Under the pieces are notes generated by a model. That model saw only the letters and a list, made by a program, of their open reading frames with translations, searched no databases and had not been told where the DNA came from. Of a stretch of DNA of 33,610 bases, positions 30,997 through 33,610 are shown in pieces (the first letter of the stretch is position 1; every line of letters begins with the position of its first letter). The stretch lies in the IMG/VR virus record IMGVR_UViG_3300032240_001203, positions 1-33,610 of that record, one strand, 5' to 3'. Origin of the DNA: a virus. Position numbers and translations under genes: made by a program.

Positions 30997-31306
30997 GTAT
31001 AAGCTATTTCAATGGTGCCCGATTCAGGAAAAAGTAGTTCCTGTAGAGGATGTAATGGTGCGAGTTCATGCTAATGCGGCGCACATGTTTATTCACGATG
31101 AAATGCCGCCAACTAGAAACCCGCTTAACCCTAAAGAAATTTATACAAGCAAAAGTAAATTACGAGCAGCATATAGGGCTGCTGGTGCAATCGAAGTAGG
31201 TGACGCATACGACCGTGGTTATGACCCCGCAAAGGAATCAAAAGCACGAGAGAAACAAATGGTTAAAAGCCTGATGCAACAGGTAAAAGAGAGGATGAAT
31301 GGATAA
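30989..31306 (+). CDS. Hypothetical protein, 105 aa
   Basis: The ATG at 30989 overlaps the upstream stop by 8 nt; the track start at 30968 is a non-ATG codon. Confidence 0.55.
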   Translation: MSKYKLFQWCPIQEKVVPVEDVMVRVHANAAHMFIHDEMPPTRNPLNPKEIYTSKSKLRAAYRAAGAIEVGDAYDRGYDPAKESKAREKQMVKSLMQQVKERMNG

Positions 31307-32363
31307 TGTAGAAACTGGTATTGTAGAAGATTCTTCCAGCACTGAAATTGTTCCTGAGCGTACCCAGGAGAAATTAAGCATCCGAGATGCTCTCGATAAG
31401 GCATTTGAAGAAGCCGATAAAAAGGCAGCTGAAGAGGAGGATGATACCCCTGAAGCTGATGAGGAAGAGGATAAAGCTGAGGAAGTAGAAGCCGCCCCTG
31501 TTGAGGCTAAGCCGGAGCGAATCCCAGTAGTCCCACCTGCGGACATGAATAAGGCTGAAAAGGAAGCGTTCCTTAACCCCACGCCCGAGAACGCCTATAT
31601 CCTCCAACAATACATGAACCGCCGGGCTTATGAGACTAGGACAGATTACCAGCGCAAGATGCAGGAGGTTGAGCAGCTCAAGTCTCAGACCTCTGGTATT
31701 TACGATACCATCAAGCAATACGAAAACGATTATGCTCGTGAGGGTATTTCCATAGGCGATATTGCTAAGCGGTCGATCGCTTGGGATAAGGCTATGAAGT
31801 CCAACCCAATTCAAACAGCGATTGAATGGCTCGATTCCTATGGAGTTAATCTTAACGACCTTGCTTCTTATCAGCCTCAGGATGGCTATCAGCCGCAGCA
31901 ACCGCAGGGGCAATACCTAACTCGGGAAGAGGCTGAACGCATCGCTGAAGAGAAGCTACAAGCCGCACAAGTCGAGCAGCAGAAAAATGCCGTTGCCTAC
32001 TATAACGAGCGTATTGTAGAATCCTTTGTAGCGGCTAAGCCCTTATTTAAAGATCCTGAAACAGCTTCGCAGTTAGAAGCTGAAATGGCTCCGATAGTAA
32101 GTGCGTTGACGAGCACAGGCAAATATAGCTCTCCCGAAGAGATCCTAGAAACTGCCTATAACTACGTCGTAGCTGGCAACCCGACCTTTTCCAGTCTCAA
32201 TCAAGCTATGACTGCAAGGCCGGCGATAGAACAAAAACAAGCTGCCGTGCAAAAAGCAAAGGCGGCTTCTAGGTCAATATCTGGCTCTGCTGGTTCAGGG
32301 ACTCCCAGAATGCAAATTAAAGACATACGGGACAATCTACGCCGACGCATGTCAGGTGAGTAG
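31299..32363 (+). CDS. Scaffolding protein candidate, 354 aa
   Basis: Immediately upstream of the major capsid gene; highly acidic N-terminal region and a helical Q/E/A-rich body. Confidence 0.55.
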   Translation: MDNVETGIVEDSSSTEIVPERTQEKLSIRDALDKAFEEADKKAAEEEDDTPEADEEEDKAEEVEAAPVEAKPERIPVVPPADMNKAEKEAFLNPTPENAYILQQYMNRRAYETRTDYQRKMQEVEQLKSQTSGIYDTIKQYENDYAREGISIGDIAKRSIAWDKAMKSNPIQTAIEWLDSYGVNLNDLASYQPQDGYQPQQPQGQYLTREEAERIAEEKLQAAQVEQQKNAVAYYNERIVESFVAAKPLFKDPETASQLEAEMAPIVSALTSTGKYSSPEEILETAYNYVVAGNPTFSSLNQAMTARPAIEQKQAAVQKAKAASRSISGSAGSGTPRMQIKDIRDNLRRRMSGE

Positions 32364-32414
32364 CTAAAGATTAGCTATAGGTTGTCCCGAAATTAACTTT
32401 TAAGGACAACTAAA

Positions 32415-33374
32415 ATGGCAAATCTTGAGGAAGCACTCGTTGCAACCCTCTTCGACCAGTCGGACAACATTGCGGACGAGGTGCTCCACCACAACCCGCT
32501 TTTGAAGACTCTGGACGATCAGGGTGCTATTCGTAAATTTTCCGGCGGTTACGAGCTTCGTAAGCCGGTTATGTACAATGATTCAGCTGTAGGTGGATTC
32601 TACGCTGGATTCAGCTCGTTCAATCTTAATGCTATCGATGATTCGACTGCATTTAGGTTCGCTATCAAGCAGGTTTATGAGCCTGTAGCAATCAGCGGAC
32701 GTGATCGCCGAGCTAACCGAGATCAGGCTATGTTGCTTGACCTCGCTGAGATGAAGATGAAGGCAGCTATCAGCCGTCTTAAGAATACCGTTTCTACCTC
32801 GCTTCGTGGCGATGGAACAGCAAGCGGAGGACTTGAGTTTGACGGTATCAAGAAGGCTGTATCGTCTTCTCCATCGTCTGGAACTTATGGTCAGATCGAC
32901 CGTACTTCCAATAGCTTCGCTCGTAACCTTGCTGTAACTGGAGTTACCTTCACAGCAGCAAACGTACAAGAGCAACTCACCGATGCTATCAGCCAGATCG
33001 TGCGAGGAGATGAGCAGCCTGACCTTGGTCTTATGGACCGTACGGCTTGGAAGTTCCTCCACAGCTCGCTTACTGCAATTCAGCGTATTCAGCTTCCGGT
33101 TAAGTCCGCAACGGCTGGATTCCGTAGCTTGCAGTATGACGGCGTAGATTTCGTATTCGACGGCGGATACGGCTCAAGTGTTCTTGAGTCCAACACCTGC
33201 CGACTTCTGAATACGAAGTACTGGAGCTTCGACATGGTTCGAGGAGCTGACTTTAAGCCTCTCGCACCTGAGATGAATCGCCCTGTTGACCAGGATGCTT
33301 TCTTCACGGTTATCATCGTTGAAGGAAACCTCTGTTGTGCGGCACCGGCTCTTCAAGCTTATGTTGGCGCTTAA
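32415..33374 (+). CDS. Major capsid protein, 319 aa
   Basis: The scaffold-capsid-small protein-terminator order, and a size typical of HK97-fold coat proteins. The family was not identified by search. Confidence 0.7.
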   Translation: MANLEEALVATLFDQSDNIADEVLHHNPLLKTLDDQGAIRKFSGGYELRKPVMYNDSAVGGFYAGFSSFNLNAIDDSTAFRFAIKQVYEPVAISGRDRRANRDQAMLLDLAEMKMKAAISRLKNTVSTSLRGDGTASGGLEFDGIKKAVSSSPSSGTYGQIDRTSNSFARNLAVTGVTFTAANVQEQLTDAISQIVRGDEQPDLGLMDRTAWKFLHSSLTAIQRIQLPVKSATAGFRSLQYDGVDFVFDGGYGSSVLESNTCRLLNTKYWSFDMVRGADFKPLAPEMNRPVDQDAFFTVIIVEGNLCCAAPALQAYVGA

Positions 33375-33390
33375 TTAAGGAGGAAACACT

Positions 33391-33610
33391 ATGTCACGTT
33401 CTGGATCATTTGGCGTAAATTACAAGAAAACCTACGGAACTGCTCCGTCGATCAATGAGGCTGTACTCGGCGATCTTGGATCAAATCCTGAAGGTGAGTA
33501 CGTATATGTTCAGGCTGCTTCGTCAGTCGCTCAATACGATGCTGTAGCCATCTCCCGTACTTACACAGTAGCGTCTCTGACGACTACGACTGCTGGTAGC
33601 AATACTTTGC
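33391..33610 (+). CDS. 5' part of a 161-aa Ala/Gly/Thr/Ser-rich virion protein (possible capsid decoration/cement protein); continues at window position 124 after the overlap
   Basis: ATG at 33391 lies 7 nt after AAGGAGG. The frame is continuous with the 120-389 track ORF once 33488-33610 is superimposed on 1-123. Sits directly downstream of the major capsid gene. Confidence 0.6.
   Translation, partial: MSRSGSFGVNYKKTYGTAPSINEAVLGDLGSNPEGEYVYVQAASSVAQYDAVAISRTYTVASLTTTTAGSNTL
33488..33610. repeat. Second copy of the 123-bp terminal overlap
   Basis: Identical to 1-123. Confidence 0.95.

Noticed and set aside
31374-31913. 179-aa minus-strand ORF inside the scaffold gene; similar antisense ORFs at 32583-33062, 6771-7226 and 3975-4370
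   Set aside because: All lie fully within longer, better-supported plus-strand genes in tightly coupled operons and lack ribosome-binding sites, so they are most likely chance open frames.
1-33610. CRISPR arrays, rRNA genes, IS elements with terminal inverted repeats
   Set aside because: I found no regularly spaced direct repeats with unique spacers, no rRNA-like sequence, and no transposase ORF on either strand.

Overview
The window looks like one complete dsDNA phage genome of about 33.5 kb. Bases 1-123 are identical to 33488-33610, so the contig closes on itself, giving a unit length of 33487 bp, and one gene runs through the junction.

Layout:
- A long plus-strand late block runs from 19997, through the junction, to 12987. 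In order it holds small terminase, small ORFs, tRNA-Asn, large terminase with a 136-aa mini-intein, and portal. Next come a fibre/accessory island, scaffold, major capsid and three small post-capsid proteins. It ends with tail and internal-virion proteins (one with an SLT domain), an S74-type tail fibre, and a lysis cassette with a lipobox o-spanin, which points to a Gram-negative host.
- Two leftward early operons lie at 19152-15888 and 14944-12980. They encode a lambda Bet-like annealase, a VRR-NUC nuclease, a small protein ending in an SSB-like DDEIPF tail, and many small orphan ORFs.
- A short rightward module at 14993-15800 holds an Xis/MerR-like HTH gene. It also holds a winged-helix initiator-like gene that contains iterons plus an AT-rich tract, a lambda-O-style origin.
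- I saw no DNA polymerase, helicase, RNA polymerase, integrase, reverse transcriptase or CRISPR array.

I cannot name a clear multi-gene novel system. The strongest oddities are:
1. A Vsr/PD-(D/E)xK-like nuclease ORF at a late-gene junction, preceded by a diverged copy of the first 16 codons of the gene that follows it.
2. A repeated intercistronic RNA stem-loop with a compensatory base-pair change and UNCG-type loops.
3. The SSB-tail protein.
4. The terminase mini-intein.
5. The origin inside the initiator gene.
6. A Cys/His-motif (YkuD-like) endolysin candidate.

All family assignments come from reading motifs by eye. No database search was run.
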